From assembly GCA_902525615.1 (NCBI GenBank), contig CABZHT010000001.1, positions 349,282 to 413,281 of the forward strand: DNA of 64,000 bases, written 5' to 3'. Shown here one piece after another: positions 1 to 8,904 of the stretch; position 1 is the first letter of the stretch; the number at the start of each line of letters is the position of its first letter. The translations under genes and the position numbers were made by a program. This DNA is from an uncultured Fidelibacterota bacterium (lineage in GTDB: Bacteria; Fidelibacterota; Marinisomatia; Marinisomatales; Marinisomataceae). Below the pieces are notes generated by a model that saw nothing but the letters and a program-made list of their open reading frames with translations, was not told the origin of the DNA and searched no databases.

Positions 1-754
1 TAGCTAACTGCTGCTCATTATACTTTTTTTTGTCAGCAATAATTTGCTTACGAAGTTGTTCCAAAGCATCAATTTGTTGTAATTGTACTGCTATCTCAGC
101 TTTTACTTCATTTTCTTCCTTCTTGAGTTGCTTCAGTAACTTTTCTTGATATATTTTTTTCTGATTTAAACTAGATATTTCTGTTTTTTTGTAATTTTTA
201 CTTTCTTCAACCTTATCAAGCAGTCCAGAAATTTCAGAAGTTTTTTTCCTATTAAATTGTTGTGTAGTTTTTATTTTATTAACAGACTTTTGATTTATTT
301 CTGAAATTATATTAAAGTATTTTAGACGGTAAATCATCTGCGAAAAACTTTTGGAATTGAAGATGTAATTTGAAAGATCGTTATTTCTATTTTTATAAAG
401 ACTTATTGATCTTATTTCATAAGATTTTTTTATGTCATTAATGGATTGGTTATTTCTGATAATTGCATTTTCAAGATTCACTAGTTGCTTATTATATAGA
501 CTGATTTTTTTGTCATATGCATTAATTAATGCATTGGAGTTGTTAATATTTTTTCTTGTTAGCTCAATTATATCTTTTGTTTTTTTTGATTGAGTTTTCA
601 ATTTTTCAACTTCTTTATTTCCTGAATTGATAGATGCTTTAAGTCTATTAATCTGTTCTTCAGTATCTTTAATTGATTTATCAAAGCTTTGATCTTGATT
701 AAATGCTAATGAAGTTATCAAAAGTATTATGAGATAAAATTTAAGTTTTTTCAT
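1..754 (-). CDS. Secreted coiled-coil protein, N-terminal 251 codons only (EnvC / M23-peptidase-activator-like architecture); C-terminus lies outside the window
   Basis: Hand-read on the reverse strand: ATG at 754-752, then MKKLKFYLIILLITSLAFNQDQSF (signal-peptide-like). Frame checked open down to position 2 (no in-frame TTA/CTA/TCA on the + strand). The rest is K/E/N/Q/I-rich heptad-like sequence. Absent from the ORF track because it is truncated by the window edge. Confidence 0.55.
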   Translation of the reverse strand, partial: MKKLKFYLIILLITSLAFNQDQSFDKSIKDTEEQINRLKASINSGNKEVEKLKTQSKKTKDIIELTRKNINNSNALINAYDKKISLYNKQLVNLENAIIRNNQSINDIKKSYEIRSISLYKNRNNDLSNYIFNSKSFSQMIYRLKYFNIISEINQKSVNKIKTTQQFNRKKTSEISGLLDKVEESKNYKKTEISSLNQKKIYQEKLLKQLKKEENEVKAEIAVQLQQIDALEQLRKQIIADKKKYNEQQLA

Positions 755-785
755 TTAAATAAAATTAAAACCTAAATTGTTAATA

Positions 786-1364
786 ATGATTAAAAAACTA
801 AATATAACTGCATTATTAATAATGCTAATGCTCGTCAATCAATTATTTGCTCAATCAGATAAAATATTATTATATGGAAATTGTAATATTGATGAAGCAA
901 ATAAATTATCAGAATACCTTAAAACTACTTCAAATATTGATTTAGCATTTGAAATAAATGATGAAGCTAATTTATTATTTTCAAAATATCCTATAATATT
1001 TCTATGCGGTAATTCTTATTTGAAATTATCAGAAACTCACATTCAAGAGTTAAATAGAATGATTTTAAATGGAAGTTTATTATTAATTGATAATTATAAG
1101 TCTGATTACACATTATCAATCTTTCTTAAGAAACTACTAGCTGAATATCCTGAGCGCAATAATTCCATTTCAGAAGTTTTGAAAAACAATCATTATAAAG
1201 TCAATTTTGAGCAAATACAGTTTAAAACTAAACAAGTATACATTAGTGAAAAGCTTAGAGTTTTTGCTTTAAAAAATGAAAGTATTTTTGATAGCGAACT
1301 TAATGATGATAACAACTTAAGATTGGCGTCTAGTATTATATTTAATTACTTAATTGGAAACTAA
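786..1364 (+). CDS. Secreted hypothetical protein, DUF4159-like (product call tentative)
   Basis: ORF 777..1364. ATG at 786 (MIKKLNITALLIMLMLVNQLFAQ, signal peptide) is preferred over TTG at 777. PIIFLCGNSYLKLSETHIQELNRMILNGSLLLIDN and the C-terminal LRLASSIIFNYL recall the DUF4159 pattern, from memory only. Confidence 0.6.
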   Translation: MIKKLNITALLIMLMLVNQLFAQSDKILLYGNCNIDEANKLSEYLKTTSNIDLAFEINDEANLLFSKYPIIFLCGNSYLKLSETHIQELNRMILNGSLLLIDNYKSDYTLSIFLKKLLAEYPERNNSISEVLKNNHYKVNFEQIQFKTKQVYISEKLRVFALKNESIFDSELNDDNNLRLASSIIFNYLIGN

Positions 1365-1783
1365 GTTTTACTTTTTTCTGCTTCAAAAACTCTCTTCCTA
1401 AGCTCTGAAGTTGAATAACCATGGTCCCTTGTATTAAAAACACATTTAATAGGAAGTTCATGTCCAGTAAAAAGGGTACCTTTATGGTCTGCCCCAAGAA
1501 TTCTTACATCTGGTTGAATATTTTTTAAAACCTCAATTAAGTCGGCTTCGGTATCATATGTTACCACCTCATCAACAAACTTTAGAGAACTTACTATACC
1601 TATTCTCTCTTCATGTGATTGAACAGGTTTATTTTTTTCAGGACGATCTATGCTAGGATCAGATTGTACTCCAACAATTAAGTAGTCGCAATATTCCTTA
1701 CATTCTTCAAACATCAAAGCATGGCCATAATGACAAAGATCAAAAGAACCAAAAGTTATTCCAACGATTTTATTTTTCTTCAT
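1361..1783 (-). CDS. hldC: Cytidylyltransferase-fold enzyme, most like D-beta-D-heptose 1-phosphate adenylyltransferase (RfaE/HldE domain II); TagD-like glycerol-3-P cytidylyltransferase is the alternative
   Basis: GSFDLCHYGHALMF (HxGH nucleotidyltransferase motif), LIVGVQSDPSIDRPEKNKPVQSHEERIGIVSSLKFVDEVV and a C-terminal GYSTSELRKRV align by eye with HldE domain II. Length is 140 aa. Confidence 0.65.
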   Translation of the reverse strand: MKKNKIVGITFGSFDLCHYGHALMFEECKEYCDYLIVGVQSDPSIDRPEKNKPVQSHEERIGIVSSLKFVDEVVTYDTEADLIEVLKNIQPDVRILGADHKGTLFTGHELPIKCVFNTRDHGYSTSELRKRVFEAEKSKT

Positions 1784-2540
1784 GCTTAGCTTTCTCCCAA
1801 TAATTTAATAGTTCCCTTAATGATATATCTTCAATTTTTTGATTATTTTTTTGTATAATTTTTTCAATAAAATTAAATCGTCTATAAAATTTCTGATTGG
1901 TCTTTCTTAGTGCTAAATCAGCTGAAATATCAAAAAATCTTGCAAGATTAACTAAGGTAATTAATAAATCTCCAATTTCCTCTTCAATATTATTTAAATC
2001 ATTATTGTTTATAGCCTGCTTTAGCTCTCCTAATTCTTCGTCAACTTTATCCATTGCTTGAGAAAAGTTTTCCCATTCAAAACCTACAGCGGCTGTTTTA
2101 TCTTGATATCTTTGGGCTACAATTAAAGACGAAAGTGATTTAGGTATACCATCAAGAATGGATTCTCTATTTTTTTCACTCTTTTTAATAAGCTCCCAAT
2201 TTTTTGCATTGGATAAATCTTCACCATCATAGTTTTTGTCAAAAATATGAGGATGTCTTTTAATTAATTTTTCATTTATTTGTTGGACAACGTCCTCAAA
2301 CTCGAACGTTTTTTTCTCGGAGGCTATGACTGCTTGAAAAACTACATGTAGAAGCAAATCTCCTAACTCCTCTTTCAAATTTTCAGAATTTTTTTCTAAC
2401 ACTGCATCTACCACCTCATTTGCTTCTTCAATTAAATGTGGCGTCAATGATTCTGAAGTTTGCTTTCTGTCCCAATCACAACCATTATCAGATCTTAACT
2501 TAATAACTATATCAATTAATTCTTTTACAGCTTCACTCAC
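1770..2540 (-). CDS. mazG: Nucleoside triphosphate pyrophosphohydrolase MazG
   Basis: CDWDRKQTSESLTPHLIEEANEVVDAV, EELGDLLLHVVF and a second EEIGDLLITLVNLARF repeat give the tandem MazG-domain signature. Length is 256 aa. Confidence 0.9.
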   Translation of the reverse strand: MSEAVKELIDIVIKLRSDNGCDWDRKQTSESLTPHLIEEANEVVDAVLEKNSENLKEELGDLLLHVVFQAVIASEKKTFEFEDVVQQINEKLIKRHPHIFDKNYDGEDLSNAKNWELIKKSEKNRESILDGIPKSLSSLIVAQRYQDKTAAVGFEWENFSQAMDKVDEELGELKQAINNNDLNNIEEEIGDLLITLVNLARFFDISADLALRKTNQKFYRRFNFIEKIIQKNNQKIEDISLRELLNYWEKAKHEEK

Positions 2541-2970
2541 TACAAACGTTTCCTGAAAAATTGGAAATAATCTCTTCTTGTTTTAAAAACATAATTTTTT
2601 TTGAATCTTCTGTATCATCGTTAAACCCAATTAAATGCAATACTCCATGAATTATAAGCCTACTGAGCTCATTATCAAGTGAAACATTAAATTCCTTGGA
2701 ATTTATCTTGGCCATTTCAACGCTGATGTATATTTCAGCTTCTAAATCATTATCATTCTTAATGGGAAAAGTAACTACATCTGTTAATACATCGTCATTA
2801 AAGTATTCTTTTTTAAAAGAATTCAGCTTGTCATTATCACAAAAAATCAAGTTGATTTGTACCTGATTATATTTAGCTGTCTCAAGAGATAAATTTATTA
2901 GTTGAATGATATGATCTTTATGAAAATCAATATCTTTATGTTCATTAAAAATATTTATTTCATTCATCAT
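2533..2970 (-). CDS. ybeY: Endoribonuclease YbeY (rRNA maturation factor)
   Basis: HGVLHLIGFNDDTE zinc-binding motif near the C-terminus. The start was moved from 3039 to the in-frame ATG at 2970-2968 (MMNEINIF), because the longer ORF would run about 80 nt into the upstream pgpH-like gene. Confidence 0.88.
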   Translation of the reverse strand: MMNEINIFNEHKDIDFHKDHIIQLINLSLETAKYNQVQINLIFCDNDKLNSFKKEYFNDDVLTDVVTFPIKNDNDLEAEIYISVEMAKINSKEFNVSLDNELSRLIIHGVLHLIGFNDDTEDSKKIMFLKQEEIISNFSGNVCSE

Positions 2971-5242
2971 CTTTTGATGGATATTCAGGTCTAGAATGAT
3001 ACAATCCTGACAATACTGGTAACAAACCATGCTTTCCATCTCTTCTGCCTTTAATTTTTTGAAGATCTTCCATTGTTAGCGGACATTCGTCAAATTGACC
3101 ATCTTCTAATCTACTTCGAATTGCTTTATCAATCATTGTTTCAAATTTTTCTAACGTTGGATTTTTTAGTGAGTTAGCTTGTGCTTCAATTGCTTCAGCT
3201 AACATAACAATACCTGTTTCTTTTGATGTAGGTTTTGGCCCTGGATATCTAAATTCATTCTCATCAACTTTGCTATCATTTTCTAATGCTTTTTTGTAGA
3301 AAAACTCCATTCTATTTTTAGCATGGTGGGTTTCAATAAAATCTTTAACAATATTTGGTAATCCATATTCATCTGCTAAAGCAAGCCCATCAGTAACATG
3401 TTGTTTTAAAATTTTTGCACTCATATGTGGAGTGATAGAATCATGCTTATTTTCCCCAGTTTGATTTTCTGCATAATATTCTGGTTTTTTAATTTTTCCT
3501 ATATCATGATAATATGATCCAACTCTACATAGCAGTGCTCTAGCTCCAATAGCATTTGCACAAGATTCCGCTAGAGTTCCTACTTTCACACTGTGCGTGT
3601 GAGTTCCGGGAGCATCTTCCATCAATTTTTTTAATAAAGGCTGATCATAATCAAGCAATTCTATTAAGCTCAAATCTGTAGTTATTCCAAAAAATGATTC
3701 AAATAATGGTACAAGTCCAAATGCTAAAATTGGACATAAAAAGCTTGAAAGAGCTAAATAACCAACTGTTGAATAATTATAATCAAGGAAATCAATTCCT
3801 TTGAAAAGCATTACAGAGAAAAATACAAACAAGCTACAAAAAACTAGGGTTAACATAGTTGCAATGATTTGTCTTCTTTTTCGTAATTTTCTTACACTTA
3901 AAATTGCAATAAATGATATGAAAAACTGCATTATTGCAAAGTCTAAGTCATTCCCGATGAGTAATGAGACTAAAAGTATTAATATTGTTGATGAGATAAG
4001 AGACACCGTTGTATCTAGCAATACTGTTAATAAAATTGAAAACATTGCAATTGGAATGATATAAACAGGTAATTGATAACTAACTATTATCCAAGAAAAG
4101 AACACTATTAGGTACATCAATAATCCAATCAATAATAATAATCTGGATTCATTAAAATACTCGTTCCTATAAATGTAAAAGAAAGAAAAAAGTAAAAATA
4201 ATAATATTGATACGACAAAGAAAGCTCCTAAATATTCTCTAAACTTATCTGCTGCTCTTTCATATCCAAGTCTTCTTTCAGATTCTAATTGTAATGACTT
4301 TAACTTAAGTAGTACAGATTCAGTAATTCTATTGTTTGTATCTACAATTAGCTCATTAGCAAGTACAGTTCCTTGGAATCTTGATACTTTATCTAATCTT
4401 TCTTTTTGTCTTGATTCAGTTAAATCTTTTTCAAAAAGAATATTTGGTTTAGTAAATTCATTTATTAATTCATAGCTCAGAGTAGATTTAATATCAAGCT
4501 CATTATCATATATCAGATTTACTTCTTCTCTATTTTTCTTCCAAGCCGTTTCAATATCATTGTAATTTCTTGTTGGAGCAATTACCAGCTCTCCTCCTTG
4601 AATAATACTTATTTCATCACTAAAAATATTCTCCAATGGCTCATCAATGATACCTTCTGCCCATCTATTTAAACATATTTGCTTAATCTGATTTTTGAAT
4701 AATTCTAAATTAAGTGGCTCAGTAAGACTCTCATTAATACCCAACAACTGATCCCATTGGGTTTTATCAATCTGAAATTGATATTTATCAAGAAACTCGC
4801 TGTACAATGTAACGTATGTGGTACTGTCAGCAATAAAGCTAGATTGATAGCTCTCAAATTCTGGTTCATATCGATATTTATAGAGCGAGTCTTGAGATGA
4901 AATAAATAGATCGTGTGCTGAGTAAATATCATTTAAGTAAATAAAAAAAGTGTCTATAATAGAAATTTGATTGTCAACAAAATCTTGATTTCTAGAAAAT
5001 GAAAATGGAACTGAATTTCGAGCCTCATCCAAATCTTTGTTTAATTTTTGCTCTGTCTTTAAAATTCCAAAATCAAATGGTGCAATTATAGGCTCATTAG
5101 CAATATCATTTAATTGATAAGAATATCTAATGGAAAAACCGGTAGGAAATGTTAATGAAATTGCAAAGGAAAGACCAAAAAAAATCAGAATTGGAAATTT
5201 ATTATCTGCAAAAAAAATTTTTATTTTTTCAAAATTATTCAT
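2960..5242 (-). CDS. pgpH: 7TM-receptor / HD-domain phosphohydrolase (PgpH/YqfF family, c-di-AMP phosphodiesterase-type)
   Basis: 760 aa. It has an N-terminal TM helix plus a large extracytoplasmic region, a central block of about 7 hydrophobic helices, and a C-terminal HD domain (HTHSVKVGTLAE ... YYHDIGK ... HH). Its position upstream of ybeY is the classical arrangement. Confidence 0.82.
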   Translation of the reverse strand: MNNFEKIKIFFADNKFPILIFFGLSFAISLTFPTGFSIRYSYQLNDIANEPIIAPFDFGILKTEQKLNKDLDEARNSVPFSFSRNQDFVDNQISIIDTFFIYLNDIYSAHDLFISSQDSLYKYRYEPEFESYQSSFIADSTTYVTLYSEFLDKYQFQIDKTQWDQLLGINESLTEPLNLELFKNQIKQICLNRWAEGIIDEPLENIFSDEISIIQGGELVIAPTRNYNDIETAWKKNREEVNLIYDNELDIKSTLSYELINEFTKPNILFEKDLTESRQKERLDKVSRFQGTVLANELIVDTNNRITESVLLKLKSLQLESERRLGYERAADKFREYLGAFFVVSILLFLLFSFFYIYRNEYFNESRLLLLIGLLMYLIVFFSWIIVSYQLPVYIIPIAMFSILLTVLLDTTVSLISSTILILLVSLLIGNDLDFAIMQFFISFIAILSVRKLRKRRQIIATMLTLVFCSLFVFFSVMLFKGIDFLDYNYSTVGYLALSSFLCPILAFGLVPLFESFFGITTDLSLIELLDYDQPLLKKLMEDAPGTHTHSVKVGTLAESCANAIGARALLCRVGSYYHDIGKIKKPEYYAENQTGENKHDSITPHMSAKILKQHVTDGLALADEYGLPNIVKDFIETHHAKNRMEFFYKKALENDSKVDENEFRYPGPKPTSKETGIVMLAEAIEAQANSLKNPTLEKFETMIDKAIRSRLEDGQFDECPLTMEDLQKIKGRRDGKHGLLPVLSGLYHSRPEYPSKDDE

Positions 5243-5243
5243 T

Positions 5244-6242
5244 TTACCATTTTATTGCTGCTGATGCCCAAGTATATCCAGCACCAAAGGCAGTTAATAT
5301 AATATTGTCACCTTTAGCCAACTTCCCTTCTTCAATTGCTTCGCATAGAGCAATTGGAATAGTAGCTGCTGTTGTATTACCATATTTATGAATGTTAATA
5401 TACATTTTCTCCATCGGTAGTTTCATTCTTTCAGCACAGGCTTCTAAAATTCTTCTATTTGCTTGATGTGCTACTACTAAAGAAACTTGATCAATGGATA
5501 AATTATTGTATTCTAAAGCAACATTAATTGCTTCTGGCATTCTTTTAACTGCATTTTTAAATACTTCTCTTCCGTTTTGATGTGGAAGGTGATGCCTATC
5601 TTCAATAATTTTAGCATCAATTCTTAATGGATTAAAAACTGATCCTGGAGCTTTTGCTCTTAGGTGTTCTACGCCGTCTCCATCAGCAAATAAGTGTGTT
5701 GATAAGATTTGGCTATCATCATCTGATTCTTGCAGCACTACAGCACCTGATCCGTCACCAAATAATACACCTGTTGCTCTTCCTTCTGGAGTTCTTTCTA
5801 TAATAGTTGACATTAAATCTGATCCAACTAATAACACATTACTATATTTTCCTGATTTAATATATTGATCTCCCATTTCAAGCAAATAAATAAAGGCAGA
5901 ACAAGCAGCGCTTATATCATATGCTGGAATGTTTGATGTAATTCCAAGCTTACGTTGAATAATAGGAGCCATGCCTGGAAAATTATAATCAGAACTGACT
6001 GTTCCAACGATGATGGCATCAATATCATTGGGTTTTATCCCAGCGCTTTCTATTGCCTTAACACATGCTGGAAGAGCTAGATCAGAATTCGCAGTTCCAG
6101 GAAGTACCCATCTTCGTTCTTTAATACCAGACCTGGTTTGAATCCATTCATCTGTTGTGTCCATCATTTTTTCGATGTCATGGTTTTTTACCACATTTGA
6201 AGGAACGTTAAATCCTATACCTGCTATTTTAGATTTTTTCAT
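5244..6242 (-). CDS. fabH: 3-oxoacyl-ACP synthase III (FabH)
   Basis: YDISAACSAFIY (active-site Cys), VAHQANRRIL (His), and GNTTAATIPIAL ... AFGAGYTWASAAIKW. Length is 332 aa. Confidence 0.93.
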   Translation of the reverse strand: MKKSKIAGIGFNVPSNVVKNHDIEKMMDTTDEWIQTRSGIKERRWVLPGTANSDLALPACVKAIESAGIKPNDIDAIIVGTVSSDYNFPGMAPIIQRKLGITSNIPAYDISAACSAFIYLLEMGDQYIKSGKYSNVLLVGSDLMSTIIERTPEGRATGVLFGDGSGAVVLQESDDDSQILSTHLFADGDGVEHLRAKAPGSVFNPLRIDAKIIEDRHHLPHQNGREVFKNAVKRMPEAINVALEYNNLSIDQVSLVVAHQANRRILEACAERMKLPMEKMYINIHKYGNTTAATIPIALCEAIEEGKLAKGDNIILTAFGAGYTWASAAIKW

Positions 6243-6249
6243 AATAATT

Positions 6250-6595
6250 TTTTGAGCTGATTTATAAGCCGGGTTCTGTACATCTATGATGCGATGATCA
6301 TTCCTCTCTATCTTATATTTCTATAAAACTCTAGCAATCTACCCTTCCCTCAAATGATACGAGCAGTATCTCGGGTCTACGTGATCTTGCACCTAGTGGG
6401 GTTTACCAGCTAATAATGTTACCATTATTACTGGTGGTCTCTTACACCACCGTTTCACCCTTACCATTTACTGGCGGTCTACTTTCTGCTGCACTGTCCA
6501 TATTCTCACGAATCCCACCTGTTAGGTGGCACTATGCTCTTCGGTGCCCGGACTTTCCTCTCGAAAAATCGAGTAATCATCCAATCAGCTCTTGT
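6250..6595 (-). ncRNA. rnpB: RNase P RNA, bacterial type A (ends +/- 5 nt)
   Basis: The reverse complement reads ...AGAGCTGATTGGATGATTACTCGATTTTTCGAGAGGAAAGTCCGGGCACCGAAGAGCATAGTGCCACCTAACAGGTGG...GGTAAGGGTGAAACGGTGGTGTAAGAGACCACC...GGTAAACCCCACTAGGTGCAAG...ACAGAACCCGGCTTATAAATCAGCTC. The universal GAGGAAAGTCCGGGC (P4 5' strand) and ACAGAACCCGGCTTA (P4 3' strand) boxes are present. P1 pairs GAGCTGATT (6591-6583) with AATCAGCTC (6262-6254). P3 is a minimal hairpin, CTCGA-TTTT-TCGAG. Confidence 0.93.
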
Positions 6596-6636
6596 GGATA
6601 TAATAAGGGATAGATATTGAATTTAGAAGAAAAAAA

Positions 6637-7344
6637 TTAATTTTCTGACTTATAAAGAAATCTACTACAATTACCACAAAAAACGATATTTTTTGCTATT
6701 GCCTCATTGATATTTTGTGGGGGCACCATTGCGCCGCACCCTTCACAGCTATTATCTAAAATTTCAGCTACTACTAGACCTTTTCGAGCTTTATAAATCT
6801 CAACATACTTTGACATTGTATCAGAATCTATATTTTTAGCGACGGATTCTCGTTCAGACTTTAATGCATTTTGCTCTTCTGACACCTCTTGCATTTTAGC
6901 ATTTAAAGCATCTTTTTTAGAATTTAATTCAGTAATAATTCCATCAAGTGCTGATATATCTTGTTCTATTTCTTTAGTCAACTCTTCTTTTTTACTCATT
7001 AATTCAATTAGCTCATTTTCTTTTTCAGACAGTAAGTTTTTCTCAAAATCTATGGTTTCCATCATAGCATCATATTCTTTATTAGTGCTAATAGATCCAT
7101 CAATAAGTTTATCTTTCAAGGAATTGATTTTATCAGAGGTGCTATTAACTAGAGTTTCATTTGAACTTATTGCAACTGATGTTTCTTTTAATTCATTTTC
7201 TTTATTCTGAAGTGATGTTTTAACATCATCTTCATTTCGAGTGAGCTCTTCAACTTTTGAGGGTAAATCGCCAAGTAATTTTTCAATCTCAAATAATTTA
7301 TTGTCAACTTCTTGCAATAAGATTATTTGATTAATTAAACTCAT
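6637..7344 (-). CDS. Coiled-coil protein with C-terminal C4 zinc ribbon (COG1579 / DUF164-type)
   Basis: 235 aa. It has a long E/K/L-rich coiled coil followed by CEGCGAMVPPQ ... CGNCSRFLY, two CxxC pairs. Confidence 0.75.
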   Translation of the reverse strand: MSLINQIILLQEVDNKLFEIEKLLGDLPSKVEELTRNEDDVKTSLQNKENELKETSVAISSNETLVNSTSDKINSLKDKLIDGSISTNKEYDAMMETIDFEKNLLSEKENELIELMSKKEELTKEIEQDISALDGIITELNSKKDALNAKMQEVSEEQNALKSERESVAKNIDSDTMSKYVEIYKARKGLVVAEILDNSCEGCGAMVPPQNINEAIAKNIVFCGNCSRFLYKSEN

Positions 7345-7447
7345 TAAATAGGATTTCCTAGATTTGTCTTCATGTCGAGATGAATATATTCTAATTACAC
7401 AATAAAAAAAACATTTATTATCAGTTTAAATAATTATATTATTTCAC

Positions 7448-7774
7448 GTGTCAAATTTTGAAAAATTAAAGACTTTTGAGCCTCTAGCATCTAGTTTAAC
7501 AATTAAAAGGTCTCATATCCATGGATTAGGTCTCTTTGCAACAACAGAAATATCATCACAAACTGAACTTGGAATATCGCACGTAAAAGATGATAGATTT
7601 TCTCATGGATATATCAGAACTCCATTAGGTGGATTTTTTAACCATTCAAAAAAACCAAACTGTGAAGCGATTTATGATGGAGATTTTATTAAAATTAAAA
7701 CTTTAATAAATATAAATTCAGGTGATGAAATTACCGTTGATTACACAAAACATGATTGGATAAAACAAGACTGA
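7448..7774 (+). CDS. Minimal SET-domain protein (putative protein-lysine methyltransferase)
   Basis: 108 aa. Motifs are HGLGLFAT, FFNHSKKPNCE (NHSxxPN SET motif) and SGDEITVDYT (ExxxDY with catalytic Tyr). It has a GTG start, and its stop overlaps the metK ATG (cTGATGa at 7772-7776). Confidence 0.75.
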   Translation: MSNFEKLKTFEPLASSLTIKRSHIHGLGLFATTEISSQTELGISHVKDDRFSHGYIRTPLGGFFNHSKKPNCEAIYDGDFIKIKTLININSGDEITVDYTKHDWIKQD

Positions 7775-8904
7775 TGAAAAACTATTTTTTTACATCTGAA
7801 TCTGTTACAGAAGGACATCCAGATAAAGTTGCTGACCTAATTTCAGATAATGTTGCTAATTATTTAATAAATCAAAATGTAAATCATAGAGCTGCTATTG
7901 AAACAATGGTTTCATCAAATATGGTAACCATTGCTGGAGAAGTTAAAACAGACTTAATGAATAATACTGATTCAATTGAAAAATTAGTTAGGCAAACGGT
8001 CAAAGATATTGGTTATGAACAAGAAAACTTTCATTGGGATACATTATCTTTTAAAAACTTAATTCATAATCAAAGTGTCGATATAGCTAGAGGTACCGAT
8101 GACTTCGGTGCGGGAGATCAAGGAATGATGTTTGGTTATGCATGTAATGAAAATGATTCTTTAATGCCAAGTGCTATTTATTATAGCCATAAGATTACTA
8201 AAGTGCTTTCAACTGCAAGACATAGTGGACAAGACTGGATGGGTCCTGATGGAAAAGCGCAAGTAACAGTTGAATACAGTAACGTTAATGAACCTGTAAG
8301 AATTTCAAATGTTGTTTGCAGTACTCAACATAGTAAAGATTTAAAAGATAATCCTGAGGAAGTTCAAAAAAGAGTAGAAGAAATTATCAAGCCAGAATTG
8401 AATAATATGTTCGACGACAATACTATTTTTCAAGTTAATCCAACCGGTAATTTTGTTACAGGTGGACCAGATGGAGATACTGGAGTTACAGGAAGAAAAA
8501 TCATTGTTGATACTTATGGGGGATATGCTCCTCATGGTGGAGGAGCATTTAGCGGAAAAGACTGTACAAAAGTAGATAGAAGTGGTGCATACATGGCAAG
8601 ATATTTAGCTAAAAATATCGTAGCATCAGGAATTTCACAAAATGCTACTATTCAACTTAGTTATGCTATAGGTATTAAAAAGCCCGTATCACTTTATGTT
8701 TATTGTGATGGTAGAGTTAGAAATGATATAGCAGATTGGATTAATCAAAATATTGATTTGACACCTCTGGGAATCATTAGAAAATTTAACCTGTTTAAAT
8801 TAGACCTAACTGAAACTACAAATTATGGTCATTTTGGTAAAAACCATCTTGCTTGGGAAAATACTGATATAGCAAATCAATTAAACTTTGAAGAGGAAAA
8901 ATGA
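7774..8904 (+). CDS. metK: S-adenosylmethionine synthase
   Basis: [32 protein letters not shown] and [19 protein letters not shown]. The start is set at ATG 7774 ([10 protein letters not shown]) rather than 7756. Confidence 0.95.
   Translation: MKNYFFTSESVTEGHPDKVADLISDNVANYLINQNVNHRAAIETMVSSNMVTIAGEVKTDLMNNTDSIEKLVRQTVKDIGYEQENFHWDTLSFKNLIHNQSVDIARGTDDFGAGDQGMMFGYACNENDSLMPSAIYYSHKITKVLSTARHSGQDWMGPDGKAQVTVEYSNVNEPVRISNVVCSTQHSKDLKDNPEEVQKRVEEIIKPELNNMFDDNTIFQVNPTGNFVTGGPDGDTGVTGRKIIVDTYGGYAPHGGGAFSGKDCTKVDRSGAYMARYLAKNIVASGISQNATIQLSYAIGIKKPVSLYVYCDGRVRNDIADWINQNIDLTPLGIIRKFNLFKLDLTETTNYGHFGKNHLAWENTDIANQLNFEEEK

Noticed and set aside
2971-3039. N-terminal extensions of ORF-track models (ybeY to 3039, gmd to 18168, HpcH aldolase to 28563, HAD-NT fusion to 34616, aminotransferase to 37200, M1 peptidase to 38951, lpxL-like to 62025, tsaC to 62894, metK to 7756, gmhA to 10339)
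   Set aside because: The extensions run deep into the upstream gene, or into the tRNA. They encode hydrophobic or low-complexity sequence not found at the N-termini of these families. Internal ATGs restore canonical N-termini with short overlaps.
3801-5391. ORFs 3801..4064 (+), 4705..4932 (-) and 5149..5391 (+) inside or antisense to the pgpH-like gene and fabH
   Set aside because: These are shadow ORFs within well-supported long genes. Their composition is low-complexity and they have no motifs.
6416-6613. 65-aa + strand ORF (MLPLLLVVSYTTVSPLPFTGG...)
   Set aside because: It lies entirely inside, and antisense to, the RNase P RNA gene. Its relatively GC-rich, Pro/Leu/Ser-rich translation is what a structured RNA gene gives when translated. 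It is not a CDS.
7345-7447. SAM riboswitch (SAM-I/II/V) upstream of the SET-metK-ahcY operon
   Set aside because: The 103-bp spacer is almost pure A/T. It has no conserved pseudoknot elements (for example AAAGCU/UUGC-type boxes) and no GC-containing helices that I could fold.
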